Under the pieces are notes generated by a model that saw nothing but the letters and a program-made list of their open reading frames with translations, was not told where the DNA came from and ran no database searches. The translations under genes and the position numbers were made by a program. A DNA stretch of 61,546 bases, filler included. It is 4 parts of 4 records of this genome, joined end to end, with 100 filler letters (N's around TTAATTAATTAA, not from the genome) between each part and the next. Parts side by side here need not be neighbours in the genome. Positions count along the whole stretch, not along the records: positions 18,889 to 40,287 come from SRR31156797_16089; positions 40,388 to 51,539 come from SRR31156797_16098; 2 more parts are not named here. One strand, 5' to 3'. Shown here piece by piece: positions 38,814-48,672 of the stretch; the stretch's first letter is position 1; the number at the start of each line of letters is the position of its first letter.

Positions 38814-39974
38814 ATGACAGACGACCATAACAAACATCACCTCTCCATGGAAGACAAGGAGATTATCCTTGTGGGCACCGCTCATGTGTCCAAGGAAAGT
38901 GCCGACCTGGTGGAGCGTGTGATTGAAGAAGAAAAACCGGACACGGTGGCGGTGGAGCTTTGCCGGTCCAGATACCAGTCCATGACCGAAGAAAACAAAT
39001 GGCAAGAAACCGATCTCATAAAGGTGATCAAGGAAAAGAAGGCGTTCCTCCTCCTTAGTAACCTCATGCTGGCCTCCTTTCAGAAAAAAATCGGCAAAAA
39101 GCTGGGCATCAAACCGGGGGAGGAGATGCTTCGCGCCGTCAATACGGCCAAAGAAATGGATATCCACATTCACCTTGCCGACCGGGATGTTCGAACCACC
39201 CTTTCCAGAACCTGGCGGCTCATGGGATTCTGGACGAAATTCAAACTGGTGTTTCAGCTCATCACATCCATGGGAGATATGGAAGAGATCGAAAAAGAGG
39301 ACATTGAAAAAATGAAACAGCAGGATGTCCTTGAAACCTTGCTGAGTGAACTGGGGAAAACCCTGCCGGAATTGCAGCGGGTACTCATTGATGAAAGGGA
39401 TCAATACCTGGCCCATAAAATCAGGACCGCCCCCGGAGGGAAAATCGTTGCGGTGGTGGGCGCAGGCCATGTTCCCGGCATCAAGAGATACTGGCATGAA
39501 CCGGTGGACATGGAGGCGTTGGAAACGATCCCTTCCAAAGGGAAATGGGGCGGTTTTTTCAAATGGGGCATCCCTACGCTGGTCATTTTACTGATCATTC
39601 TCGGTTTCTATATGGCGGGCGCCAATGCGGGCGCGGACATGATCAAATGGTGGGTTCTGGCCAATGCGGTCCTGGCGGGCCTTGGCGCAGCATGTGCCCT
39701 GGCACACCCCCTCACGGTGCTTGCCGCCTTCGTTGCATCCCCCGTCACCTCGTTGAACCCCATGGTGGCCGCAGGCTGGGTCGCCGGGCTGGTGCAGGTC
39801 TTTCTCGTTAAACCGAAAGTGAAGGATTTTCAACGGTTGCCGGAGGACATTGTTACCGTGAAGGGGTTCTGGAGAAACAAGATCACCCGGATCCTGCTCA
39901 TCGTTGTTTTGACCAATCTGGGAAGTTCCCTGGGCGCCTTTGTGGCCATCCCTCTCATGGCAAAGGCGTTTTAG
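38814..39974 (+). CDS. TraB/GumN (pheromone shutdown) family protein with C-terminal membrane domain
   Basis: LVGTAHVS, PDTVAVELC..R, KPGEEM, LADRDV, LIDERD, VVGAGH. GAGG RBS before the ATG at 38814. Confidence 0.9.
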   Translation: MTDDHNKHHLSMEDKEIILVGTAHVSKESADLVERVIEEEKPDTVAVELCRSRYQSMTEENKWQETDLIKVIKEKKAFLLLSNLMLASFQKKIGKKLGIKPGEEMLRAVNTAKEMDIHIHLADRDVRTTLSRTWRLMGFWTKFKLVFQLITSMGDMEEIEKEDIEKMKQQDVLETLLSELGKTLPELQRVLIDERDQYLAHKIRTAPGGKIVAVVGAGHVPGIKRYWHEPVDMEALETIPSKGKWGGFFKWGIPTLVILLIILGFYMAGANAGADMIKWWVLANAVLAGLGAACALAHPLTVLAAFVASPVTSLNPMVAAGWVAGLVQVFLVKPKVKDFQRLPEDIVTVKGFWRNKITRILLIVVLTNLGSSLGAFVAIPLMAKAF

Positions 39975-40061
39975 GGTCTCGCAGATTGCGTTGTTGACAA
40001 AGCATACAAGCTACTATGCTTCCCATTGCCTTTACCGCCGACCAGCCGCCCATGGAGCGTA

Positions 40062-40287
40062 TCAGACCTCCATGACGAACTGCTCGGAGAGGGCATACTC
40101 CAGTCCCATCTGAATGGAACCGGCCAGTTGACCCTCGACGCCCTTGGGGTTGATGACGGTGCCGCAGTCGTGGGCCGTCCACATCTGGCTCACCTCCACT
40201 TTGCCCGTTTCCCGGTCCACCTCCACCAGGGCCACCTGGGCTCCGAACCCGAAGGCCGGGGTCACGAGCCCCTTGTCCCGGGGTGTG
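40062..40287 (-). pseudogene. Fragment of a xanthine dehydrogenase-family molybdopterin-binding subunit, ending prematurely
   Basis: FGAQVALVEVDRETGKVEV...AHDCGTVINPKGVEGQLAGSIQMGL.YALSE, then a stop before the usual final segment (DY..P...GxKGxGE). Confidence 0.7.
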
Positions 40288-40387
40288 NNNNNNNNNNNNN
40301 NNNNNNNNNNNNNNNNNNNNNNNNNNNNNNNTTAATTAATTAANNNNNNNNNNNNNNNNNNNNNNNNNNNNNNNNNNNNNNNNNNNN
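40288..40387. other. Artificial contig spacer
   Basis: N44-TTAATTAATTAA-N44. Confidence 0.98.
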
Positions 40388-42199
40388 TGCATTTAATGAA
40401 AGAATATTTGTTTGAAACGCAATTTGGTCAATAACAGTGATTGCATTATTAATTGCAGTAACTTGCTCATTAATATCATCCATTGAATCAACTGTTTCTT
40501 TTGCTAATTTTTTACCTTCATTTGATGCAACACTCAGTTGCTCAGCATAATGTGCCATCTTAATAACATTTTCTGTACTAGATGCAATATTTCCTGTAAT
40601 CTCTTCTATAGCGGCAGCTGTTTCTTCAAGTCTTGCAGCTGCATCATTTGAAGCACTATTTAATTTATCTACATTTGATAATAACTGATTAGAACTATCC
40701 ATCAAAATAGTTCCATTCTTTTTATTCTCTTTTAACATAAATGTTATAGAATTACCCAATTCATTTATGCAAGAAATCATTTCTGCTGATTCCCCTTCTA
40801 CCTTCAAATTCTCAATTTTATTTAAATAGTTATAACTTGTATATTGTTTTAAAACTTTTAAAATATTTGAAAATATTTTTTGTTGGCTTTCTAACATTTT
40901 ATTTATAGTATTTGCTAATGTTAAAACTTGAGGATTCGAAGCTTGTGATTGAACTTTTACTGAGTAAATACCTGTTTCTACTTTTCCTAAAGTTTTAATA
41001 GCTTCATCAACACATACTAAATCTTTTTCTAAATCGTTTTTTATTTTGTCAATATTTTTATTTATCATAGAAGATAATTGACCTAACTCATCTTTTGAAC
41101 TTAAATGTATGTATTCTACACTTGAAGTTTCTTTATTAAGATAAGACATAAAACCTTTAACACCTTTATAAATCTCTTCTATTGATTTTAATATATTTTT
41201 ATTTATAATAATGATTAATACAAAAATAATTAACACCAGAAATACGATAGTTGCAATAATTATATATTCTATAAATGTATATTTTAAAATAAGTTCATTT
41301 GCCTCATCTTTTATATTTTCAATTAAATAATTATCAAGTTCTTTTAAGATATTGATTTTTTTGGTAATAGTTTTAAACCAATAAGTTGGGTCAACATCAA
41401 ATTTTATATCTCTATTAGTATCATATTGAAATAAAATGCCTCTTAATCTGTCTACCTCTTTAACAACAGGATCATTAAGTTTTTGTTCCACATATTCTTC
41501 ATAAATATAACCATAGATTTTAAATTTTTCTAAAAATATGTTTTGTTCATCAACAAGGTTTGCAAACTTTACAAACATCCCTTTTCCAAAAGTACCCTTA
41601 GAAAAAGTGTTTGAACCAACTGCCCTTTCTATTCCTGCTCTTTCTTTTGATAATAAAAAATTATAATAAGCATTTATCTCGTTGATAATGTGTGCATCAA
41701 CTCCAATAGATGCTAAAACAGCAACAAAGTCAATTAGTTTGGCATTTATTGTGGTGTAAAATCCTATTGCTTTTTTTGCTTCAATTGACAAATCATCAAC
41801 AGAATTCCGTATTTGTTCAATTTTATTTAATTCATCCAATACAAAATTAATATCTTTCTTACTATTATTTGGGAAGTAGCTCTCATCCATATTGTTAGTA
41901 AAGGAGATAAACTCTTTAATTCTATTGTTTGTAAGTTTTCTTTGATTTACTAATATATCTTTAAATTTTTTTCCAGAACTTCCAAGATAACCTGCACTTG
42001 CACCTCTTTCTTTCTGTGTTTCATGAACAATTAATGATATTTTTTCACTATAATCAAGCAACACTTCAAGTCTAGATAAATTGTTTTTTTTATCGTATGC
42101 AATATAAGCAAGAACAAATGACAAAATAACAATTAACAATAGAGGCGTAAAACTAATAAGCTTAATCTTATTTTTTATAGATAAATTGCTGACAAACAT
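40388..42199 (-). CDS. Methyl-accepting chemotaxis protein with NIT (nitrate/nitrite-sensing) domain, 3'-truncated
   Basis: Two transmembrane segments. NIT motifs VHETQKERGAS and SKERAGIERA. Signalling domain LEETAAAIEE, IDQIAFQTNILSLNA. Confidence 0.93.
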
Positions 42200-42400
42200 G
42201 CTATTTCCTTTAAAGTTTGTATTATTGCTTTAATAATTTAAAAAATCTATATAATAATTAATAAGTAAATAAAAAATTAGTTAAAGTATATTTAAAGAAA
42301 ATAAAAATGTCAACATATTAAAATATCTAATTTTATAAATTAAAAAATTTTTATTTTAATTCAAAATTAATATATTAATATTTGGTTAACTCTTTATTTT

Positions 42401-42428
42401 TTGACTGTTAATTTTCGTCGTCTATAAT
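42401..42428 (+). promoter_or_regulatory. Sigma70 promoter for a short intergenic transcript
   Basis: TTGACT-16 nt-TATAAT. Confidence 0.6.
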
Positions 42429-42433
42429 TAAAA

Positions 42434-42521
42434 TATTAAATAAGTAAAGCGAACTACTTATAGATTTTTGCGAATAACTCTCCTAAAAAGGCAAAACTGT
42501 TTCGGTTTTGTCTTTTTTTTT
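42434..42521 (+). ncRNA. Candidate small RNA (about 88 nt) with an anti-Shine-Dalgarno tract
   Basis: Promoter upstream, hairpin ATAAGTA/TACTTAT (42440-42461), CTCTCCT at 42478-42484, and terminator stem GGCAAAACTG/CGGTTTTGTC plus a T run. No ORF. Confidence 0.5.
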
Positions 42522-42634
42522 ACATTTTTCAACTTTGTTTATAAAATGTTATACAAATGCATTCGTTTTTAAATTAAAAATCGTATAATAGTCGATGAAT
42601 ATTTGTTCAATTTTTTAATATAATTAAAAAAGGT

Positions 42635-43051
42635 ATGTTTTTTATGAAAAGACTTGATGACACTCAAATGGATTTACTAATGACAAATTTAGATGCTGAT
42701 GGAAGACTTTCATGTCTAAAAGCATTTAAAGTTGCTAGACTTATTGGAGTAAAACCAAAAGAGATGGATGCAATCACAAAATCACTTAATATAAAAATCA
42801 CAAACTGCGAATTAGGAGTTTTTGGAAAACTTAAATTTATAGATATGGATGACAAAATCTATAATAAACTTTCTGAAAATTTTAATCAAGGTAATAAAGT
42901 AGAATGCCAAGTTGCTTGGCACACTGCAAGAGATAAGGGAGCAAGCTTGAAAAAAGTTGGTTCTACAATTAACAACTCTGATATAAAAGTAACACACTGT
43001 CAACTTGGATGTTTTTATGATGAAGAGTTTGAAAAATATGATGACGCATAA
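42635..43051 (+). CDS. Small protein with two tandem Cys-containing repeats, putative metal-binding
   Basis: C..AF.VA...IKITNCELGVF is repeated as C..AW.TA...IKVTHCQLGCF. Confidence 0.75.
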   Translation: MFFMKRLDDTQMDLLMTNLDADGRLSCLKAFKVARLIGVKPKEMDAITKSLNIKITNCELGVFGKLKFIDMDDKIYNKLSENFNQGNKVECQVAWHTARDKGASLKKVGSTINNSDIKVTHCQLGCFYDEEFEKYDDA

Positions 43052-43122
43052 ACTATAAAAAACACTTAACTCACATTTAAAAATTCTTTAGTATACTTCC
43101 TAAAAAAATTATAAGGTCAAAC

Positions 43123-43758
43123 TTGAAAAAATATATTTTATTTGACAATGACGGAGTATTAGTAGAAACTGAACCACTTTATTTTGAAGCAAGTAAAAGA
43201 GCATTAAAAGAGTTTTTTAATGTAAATATCCAATTTGATGAATATATGAAAATTATGACTGAAGGTAAAGGTGTTTGGGTAGCAGCTAAAGGCGCGAGTG
43301 ATGAAAAGAAAATCATTGCAAGAGACAAAAGAGATGTTTACTATCAAGAATATTTGAAAAATGAAAATATAGAGATAGAAAATGTTCATGATATTTTAAA
43401 TGAACTTTCAAAAAATTACAAAATGGGTATAGTTACAACAGCTAGAAGAGTTGACTTTGAACTTATTCATAAAAACAGAGGAATTACTGATTTTATGGAT
43501 TTTGTTTTGTGTGTTGAAGATTATCCAAGAGCAAAACCTTATGCTGACCCATATTTAAAAGGTTTAGAACTTTTTAATGCAAAAAAAGAAGAAACAGTAG
43601 TTGTTGAAGACTCTGAACGAGGTCTTATATCAGCAAACAATGCAAATATAGATTGTGTTATAGTTCATAATGAATTTACAAAAACACAAGATTTCTCAAC
43701 AGCTAAAACAAAAATCAATAGTTTAAAAGAGTTAGTAGATTTATTACCTACTCTTTAA
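43123..43758 (+). CDS. HAD-family phosphatase
   Basis: LFDNDGVLVETE, GIVTT, KPYADPY, VEDSERG. Confidence 0.92.
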   Translation: MKKYILFDNDGVLVETEPLYFEASKRALKEFFNVNIQFDEYMKIMTEGKGVWVAAKGASDEKKIIARDKRDVYYQEYLKNENIEIENVHDILNELSKNYKMGIVTTARRVDFELIHKNRGITDFMDFVLCVEDYPRAKPYADPYLKGLELFNAKKEETVVVEDSERGLISANNANIDCVIVHNEFTKTQDFSTAKTKINSLKELVDLLPTL

Positions 43759-44859
43759 ATACTCTTTTAATCTTTTTATCCCCTCTTTCATATGAGAAAT
43801 ATCTCTTGTATATGCAAACCTTAGGTATTTTTTTGTTTCATTTGAACCAAAATCAATACCTGGGGTTGTTGCTATATGTATATTTTCTAAAAGCTCTTTT
43901 GCAAAAACAAAAGAATCATCTGTATACTTAGATACATCAACCCAAAGATAAAAAGCTCCATCTGGTTTTGCATCAACTGTAAAAATCTCATTTAACTCTT
44001 TATATAAATAATCTCTTCTTTCTTTAAATGTTTGTTTGATTGAATCCAAATACTCATAATCAAATGCTTCTAAAGCTGCATATTGTGATAATGTTGGTGC
44101 AGATATAAAAATATTTTGTGCTACTATTTCTGCTTCTCTTGCAAGTTTTTTAGGAACTATAATCCACCCTAACCTAAGACCTGGCATACAATAGTATTTA
44201 GAAAAACCATTTATTACAAATGCATTTTCACTAAACTGTAAAGCTGTTGCAGCCTCTTTTTCATAGACTAAACCGTGATATAACTCATCTGATATAAATG
44301 AAATACTGTTTTTATCACAATACTCTATTAACTCTTTTAAATTTTTCTCTCCATAAATATTTCCTGTTGGATTTGAAGGAGAAGAGATTTGTAAAGCATC
44401 AATATTTTCATTTTCCAAATGCTTTGTGTTGAGTTGATAGTTACAAGATTTATCTATATTCATAAAAATTGGTTCAATATCAAGCATATATGCAAAGTTT
44501 TTATAACAAGGGTAAGATGGATCACTTAATCCTAATTTTCCATTATGTTTTAGTGTTAAAGTATATGCTATTAAAAAAGCACCTGAAGTTCCTGGAGTAA
44601 GTAAAATTTGACTTTCATCTACATCTACACCATAAGTTTTTTTATAATGTTTTGATATTTTTTCTCTTAACTCATATAAACCTAAACTTTCTGTATATGA
44701 AAACTTATCATTACTAAGTGCTTCTTGAAGTTTTTCTTTTGCTTTTGGTGTTGGATTTAAATCTGGTTGCCCTATTTCAAAGTGTATTGAATCTTCGTAT
44801 TTTTGTGCTTCTCTTACAATATCCATAACTATAAAAGAGCTCATTTTTTCATATCTCAT
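43744..44859 (-). CDS. PLP-dependent aminotransferase class I/II
   Basis: EIGQPD, SPSNPTG, SDELYHGL, GFSKYYCMPGLRLGW, YLRFAY. Confidence 0.95.
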   Translation of the reverse strand: MRYEKMSSFIVMDIVREAQKYEDSIHFEIGQPDLNPTPKAKEKLQEALSNDKFSYTESLGLYELREKISKHYKKTYGVDVDESQILLTPGTSGAFLIAYTLTLKHNGKLGLSDPSYPCYKNFAYMLDIEPIFMNIDKSCNYQLNTKHLENENIDALQISSPSNPTGNIYGEKNLKELIEYCDKNSISFISDELYHGLVYEKEAATALQFSENAFVINGFSKYYCMPGLRLGWIIVPKKLAREAEIVAQNIFISAPTLSQYAALEAFDYEYLDSIKQTFKERRDYLYKELNEIFTVDAKPDGAFYLWVDVSKYTDDSFVFAKELLENIHIATTPGIDFGSNETKKYLRFAYTRDISHMKEGIKRLKEYLKSR

Positions 44860-44914
44860 AAATTATCCTAAATAAAAGGAAAGATTATAACTAAAGATTG
44901 TTAAACAGGATTTT

Positions 44915-45026
44915 AAAAAGAAAAAGCAAAGAAATTAACAAGAGCGAAGGAGAAGAATAAATACTTTGTTAATTTCTATTGCATGTGTTTTGGCTGTGTT
45001 ATTTTTACATCAAATTTTTTAATGTA
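44915..45026 (-). ncRNA. Candidate small RNA (about 110 nt) with a C/U-rich terminator loop
   Basis: Minus-strand TTTAAGT...TGgTAAGAT promoter (45053-45032), a 5' hairpin (45026-45006), a long stem (44982-44926) with loop UAUUUAUUCUUCUCCUUCG, then a U tract. Confidence 0.55.
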
Positions 45027-45195
45027 TTGAAATCTTACCAGAGTAGACTTAAACATTTTTATTTAAATAAAACAAATAGGATAATTTTAGTCTTATTTAA
45101 GGTTAAGGATAATTTTTATCATTAATCACCTTTTTACAATAAAATATGCTCTTTTTCGCTAAAATTACAAATAACTAAATATAAAGAGGTAATAT

Positions 45196-45942
45196 ATGCA
45201 ATATTTTGGTGTATTTGAGACAAAATATGAAGAGGTGTTTTTAACTTCGAGTTTTTTATACTTTAATAAAGAAGATGAAGAGATAACAGTAAACGAACTA
45301 AAAAAGTTAATTAAAACAAATAAAGATAGAAAAAAGAATATTGCAGGAACAATTTTTATTTATAATCCAGTAGTAACCCCAGTGGGATATGATTCTCAAA
45401 AGTTTTTATTAGACCAAGAGTTTGATAAGTTCGATGAGTATGTTGAGATAAAACAAGAAAACTACATAACAACTTTCAAACAAGCTTTAAATGGAAAATG
45501 TGAAGGTAAACTAGTAGAGATTAAAAACCTATTTAATCTAGTAGAGGAAAATATCGATGCTTCTCAATTACTTATGAAGTTTAATTCTGATTTAGAAACA
45601 TATAACTCTCAACAAAACACAGAGTTTGACAGAGATATTATGTATTTTGATGCACAAACTTTTATACCAAGTGGAAAATTTGTATTTTTTGCATGGGGCG
45701 AAAAAATAAACTCAAAAGAGTTTCCATATATAGATAACTATGCAAGAACCATCTATGATAGAATTATTCAAATGGGTAAAAAAGTTGGCTTTGTTTTCAA
45801 AAGAGAGAAAACAAAAGATTGGTGTGAAGAACAGTTACAATTTGCATTTATTGGGCAAAACCACAAATATAAAACATCTGTTTCAAATGCAGTAAAAAAA
45901 GCCTTTGAGAGCCTTCCACCGGTACCAACGCCTTACGAATAA
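45196..45942 (+). CDS. Hypothetical protein, weakly DUF1643-like
   Basis: GAGG RBS. Motif order IFIYNP ... IKNLFNL ... FFAWG. Confidence 0.7.
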   Translation: MQYFGVFETKYEEVFLTSSFLYFNKEDEEITVNELKKLIKTNKDRKKNIAGTIFIYNPVVTPVGYDSQKFLLDQEFDKFDEYVEIKQENYITTFKQALNGKCEGKLVEIKNLFNLVEENIDASQLLMKFNSDLETYNSQQNTEFDRDIMYFDAQTFIPSGKFVFFAWGEKINSKEFPYIDNYARTIYDRIIQMGKKVGFVFKREKTKDWCEEQLQFAFIGQNHKYKTSVSNAVKKAFESLPPVPTPYE

Positions 45943-46014
45943 GAATAATTTATAATTGACTTAATTTTTATTGTGTGATATTATAATATGAAATAATTAT
46001 ACAAGGAATTTATA

Positions 46015-46482
46015 ATGAATGTATATGAATATGCAATGAAAGTTGAGAAAGAGGGAGAAGCTTATTATAGAGAGATGTGTTCTAAAGCTTCAAACCCTGG
46101 TTTAAAAAGAATCTTTACAATGTTAGCAGATGAAGAGGTTAAACACTACAACCTTTTTAAAAATATGATGAACAAAGACAATGTAGATTTTGATAAACTT
46201 GATATCATAACTGATACACAAACAATTTTTAACACTCTTTTAGAAGAAAAGGACAATGTTCAACTTGATTCAGAGCATATTCAATACTATAAAGATGCGA
46301 TTGAAAGAGAAGCCAACTCTCAAAACTTCTATATAGAAAATTCAAAAAAATTAGAAGACTCAAAAGAAAAAGAAGTTTTTATTAAAATTGCAGATGAAGA
46401 GAAAAAACATAAAAAAATATTAGAAGAAATAGTTATATATCTTGAAGAACCTGCTGACTGGGTTGCTAGTGCAGAGTTTTAA
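46015..46482 (+). CDS. Rubrerythrin/ferritin-like di-iron protein
   Basis: AMKVEKEGEAYY, LADEEVKH, AIERE, IADEEKKH. Confidence 0.92.
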   Translation: MNVYEYAMKVEKEGEAYYREMCSKASNPGLKRIFTMLADEEVKHYNLFKNMMNKDNVDFDKLDIITDTQTIFNTLLEEKDNVQLDSEHIQYYKDAIEREANSQNFYIENSKKLEDSKEKEVFIKIADEEKKHKKILEEIVIYLEEPADWVASAEF

Positions 46483-46504
46483 GAAGTAAGAAAATCTTAC
46501 TTCT
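46482..46504. terminator. Hairpin between convergent genes
   Basis: AGAAGTAAGA-AAA-TCTTACTTCT. Confidence 0.6.
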
Positions 46505-46507
46505 ATC

Positions 46508-46804
46508 TTATAAAGAAGCTAGCTTTTGCAATAATACTTTTGCTTCTGTTTCATCAAAAAACAGATTATTGTTTAACTCTTGATTTGCTTCTTTTAAAAA
46601 CTCAATTTTTTTCTTTTTTAAAAGTTCTGGGTCATTTTCATATTTTGCTATAACTTTCATAAGTTCATACTCATACTCTTTTGAAATTTCTTCTTTTTTC
46701 ATATGTGCTGGTTTATGAGCTGTGTTTGACCTTCTTAATACTAAAACAATCAATGCAATAAAAATTACTGCCATTATCATAAAAACTGAACTATTATCAC
46801 CCAT
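46508..46804 (-). CDS. Small membrane-anchored hypothetical protein
   Basis: N-terminal hydrophobic helix, AGGA RBS, co-oriented with the upstream ORF. Confidence 0.75.
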   Translation of the reverse strand: MGDNSSVFMIMAVIFIALIVLVLRRSNTAHKPAHMKKEEISKEYEYELMKVIAKYENDPELLKKKKIEFLKEANQELNNNLFFDETEAKVLLQKLASL

Positions 46805-46818
46805 TTAAAAATCCTATA

Positions 46819-48009
46819 TTAATTTGTACTATTTGAAGAAAGAGGGATTTTGTTTAATGATTTAGCTTCTAAAGCTATAGATTCTGCTCTTTTTGCAATC
46901 TTTAATGCCTCATCAATTTTCTTATTGTTTTCTTCTGTTATTGCTATGTTATCAACTCTTTCTATTAAAGTTCTAAACTCCATATGTCCTAAAACTTCAA
47001 TCACACCTTTTGATTTAGAAACAAACTCTATGTGCTCTTTATCTCTCCAGTTATTTGTTAAAGATTCATCAATATACTTTTTATATTGATTTTCTATTTT
47101 TGTTTCATTTGAAATAAATGCCAAATCCAGATTTAAATCATCTTTTTTGTTAAACATTAAATAATAAAGTTGTTGAAGATAGAAGTCAAGTTTTAAAGTA
47201 GAGATATAATCATAAACTTTTTGTTTTTTGTCATTCTCATAAAGATAATTAAGAATATTTATTGATACTTCTTTTTCTCCAGAAGTAAAATACTCTTCAA
47301 TCTTTTCATTACAAAACTTATAAATTTGTTTTGCTTTATCTTCTTCTAGCTTTTCAATAAATTTAAAAAGTGCTAAGTTATATCCAAAACTAAACTTATT
47401 TAACTCTTTTATTATAGCTTCAATTATAATTGATGGATTTGTTAAACTGTTCGCATAAGCTACTATTGAGTTGATATTATCAATTTGTGTCTCATCAAAG
47501 TCACTGCTTTTATAAAAAAACTCAATCTCTTTTGACAACTCTTGTTCTAAAATCTCTTGAGACTTATAATCAAAAAAAGAACTAAGTTCTAAAATTTGAT
47601 ATTTTTTAGAACTTGTTGAGATATTTTTAAAATGTTTGCTTATTATTTGAAGTTTTTCTATTTTTTCTTTTATTGATAAGGATTTAAATAGTTTTGACAC
47701 TCTAAATACAACATGTTCTTTTTGTGTATTTAGTTCATCTGCAACTTTTTGTCCTCTTTTTGGAAGTTCATCATCAATAAAAGAAAGCTTTTGTATATAA
47801 TCATCAATTGATTTTGACTCACTTATTGTGTTGATTGTAGAGATAGCATTTTTCTCTTTTATAGATTTTCTTATTAAAAAAACTATAATCAATACAGCTA
47901 CTAAAACAACTGCAAACAATATAGAAGTTTCATTTGGTGCTTTTTCAAACATCATAGCTAGATTAAAGTTAGATTCTTTTGCAATATTAAAAAACTCAAT
48001 AAATGACAT
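46819..48009 (-). CDS. Membrane-anchored helical hypothetical protein
   Basis: 396-aa ORF with one N-terminal transmembrane segment and an AAGGA RBS. Confidence 0.78.
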   Translation of the reverse strand: MSFIEFFNIAKESNFNLAMMFEKAPNETSILFAVVLVAVLIIVFLIRKSIKEKNAISTINTISESKSIDDYIQKLSFIDDELPKRGQKVADELNTQKEHVVFRVSKLFKSLSIKEKIEKLQIISKHFKNISTSSKKYQILELSSFFDYKSQEILEQELSKEIEFFYKSSDFDETQIDNINSIVAYANSLTNPSIIIEAIIKELNKFSFGYNLALFKFIEKLEEDKAKQIYKFCNEKIEEYFTSGEKEVSINILNYLYENDKKQKVYDYISTLKLDFYLQQLYYLMFNKKDDLNLDLAFISNETKIENQYKKYIDESLTNNWRDKEHIEFVSKSKGVIEVLGHMEFRTLIERVDNIAITEENNKKIDEALKIAKRAESIALEAKSLNKIPLSSNSTN

Positions 48010-48103
48010 TATTTTCCTTTAAAGGTAATTATGACTTAGAGTATACAAAAATATTGCTGATATGTTTAAGTTAGAGAATAAAGAGTAAGGAAGAAAGAAC
48101 TTC

Positions 48104-48664
48104 CTAGTGACTATTTAGATATTCTTCAATATCTTTTTTATCCACTTCCCCTATGTAGTCTTTTACAAATTTTCCATCTTTTCCATAAAGATATGATTCT
48201 GGAATTTTTTGAACATTGTCAAAGGCTTTTGCCATTCTGAAGTTTTCTTCACCAACAGTTATTGGGAAGTTTATATTATGCTCTTTCATAAAAGTTTCTA
48301 ACTCTTTTGGGTCTTTATCTCTTTCAAAAAGAACTCCAACAATAACAAATTTGTCTTTATATTTTTTAGATAACTCAACAAATGTTGGCATCTCTTTTAT
48401 ACAAGGTGGACACCATGTAGCCCAAAAGTTAACTAAAACTATTTTATCTTTCAGCTGTTCAGAAGTTAAAATATTATTTTCAACAGTGATTTTTAAATCT
48501 TTGCCTTCTGTAGTTACCAATGAATAAGTTTTATTTCCAAGTTTTTTTAGTTCTTCAAAACTTTTATTATCTTCTACAATTGTTTGTGCTTCATCATTTG
48601 ATGAATTACATCCACTTAAAAAGATTACAAACAATAAAGTTAAAACTGAAACTAAAGTTTTCAT
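48104..48664 (-). CDS. TlpA/ResA-family thioredoxin lipoprotein
   Basis: Lipobox LSG-C, VNFWATWCPPC, IPESY. Confidence 0.92.
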   Translation of the reverse strand: MKTLVSVLTLLFVIFLSGCNSSNDEAQTIVEDNKSFEELKKLGNKTYSLVTTEGKDLKITVENNILTSEQLKDKIVLVNFWATWCPPCIKEMPTFVELSKKYKDKFVIVGVLFERDKDPKELETFMKEHNINFPITVGEENFRMAKAFDNVQKIPESYLYGKDGKFVKDYIGEVDKKDIEEYLNSH

Positions 48665-48672
48665 ACCTCTCC

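Noticed and set aside
42485-42521. GGCAAAAC hairpin as a cyclic-di-GMP-I riboswitch
   Set aside because: It lacks the GAAA-loop P2 and the following GCAAAG/P3 elements. It reads as a plain intrinsic terminator.
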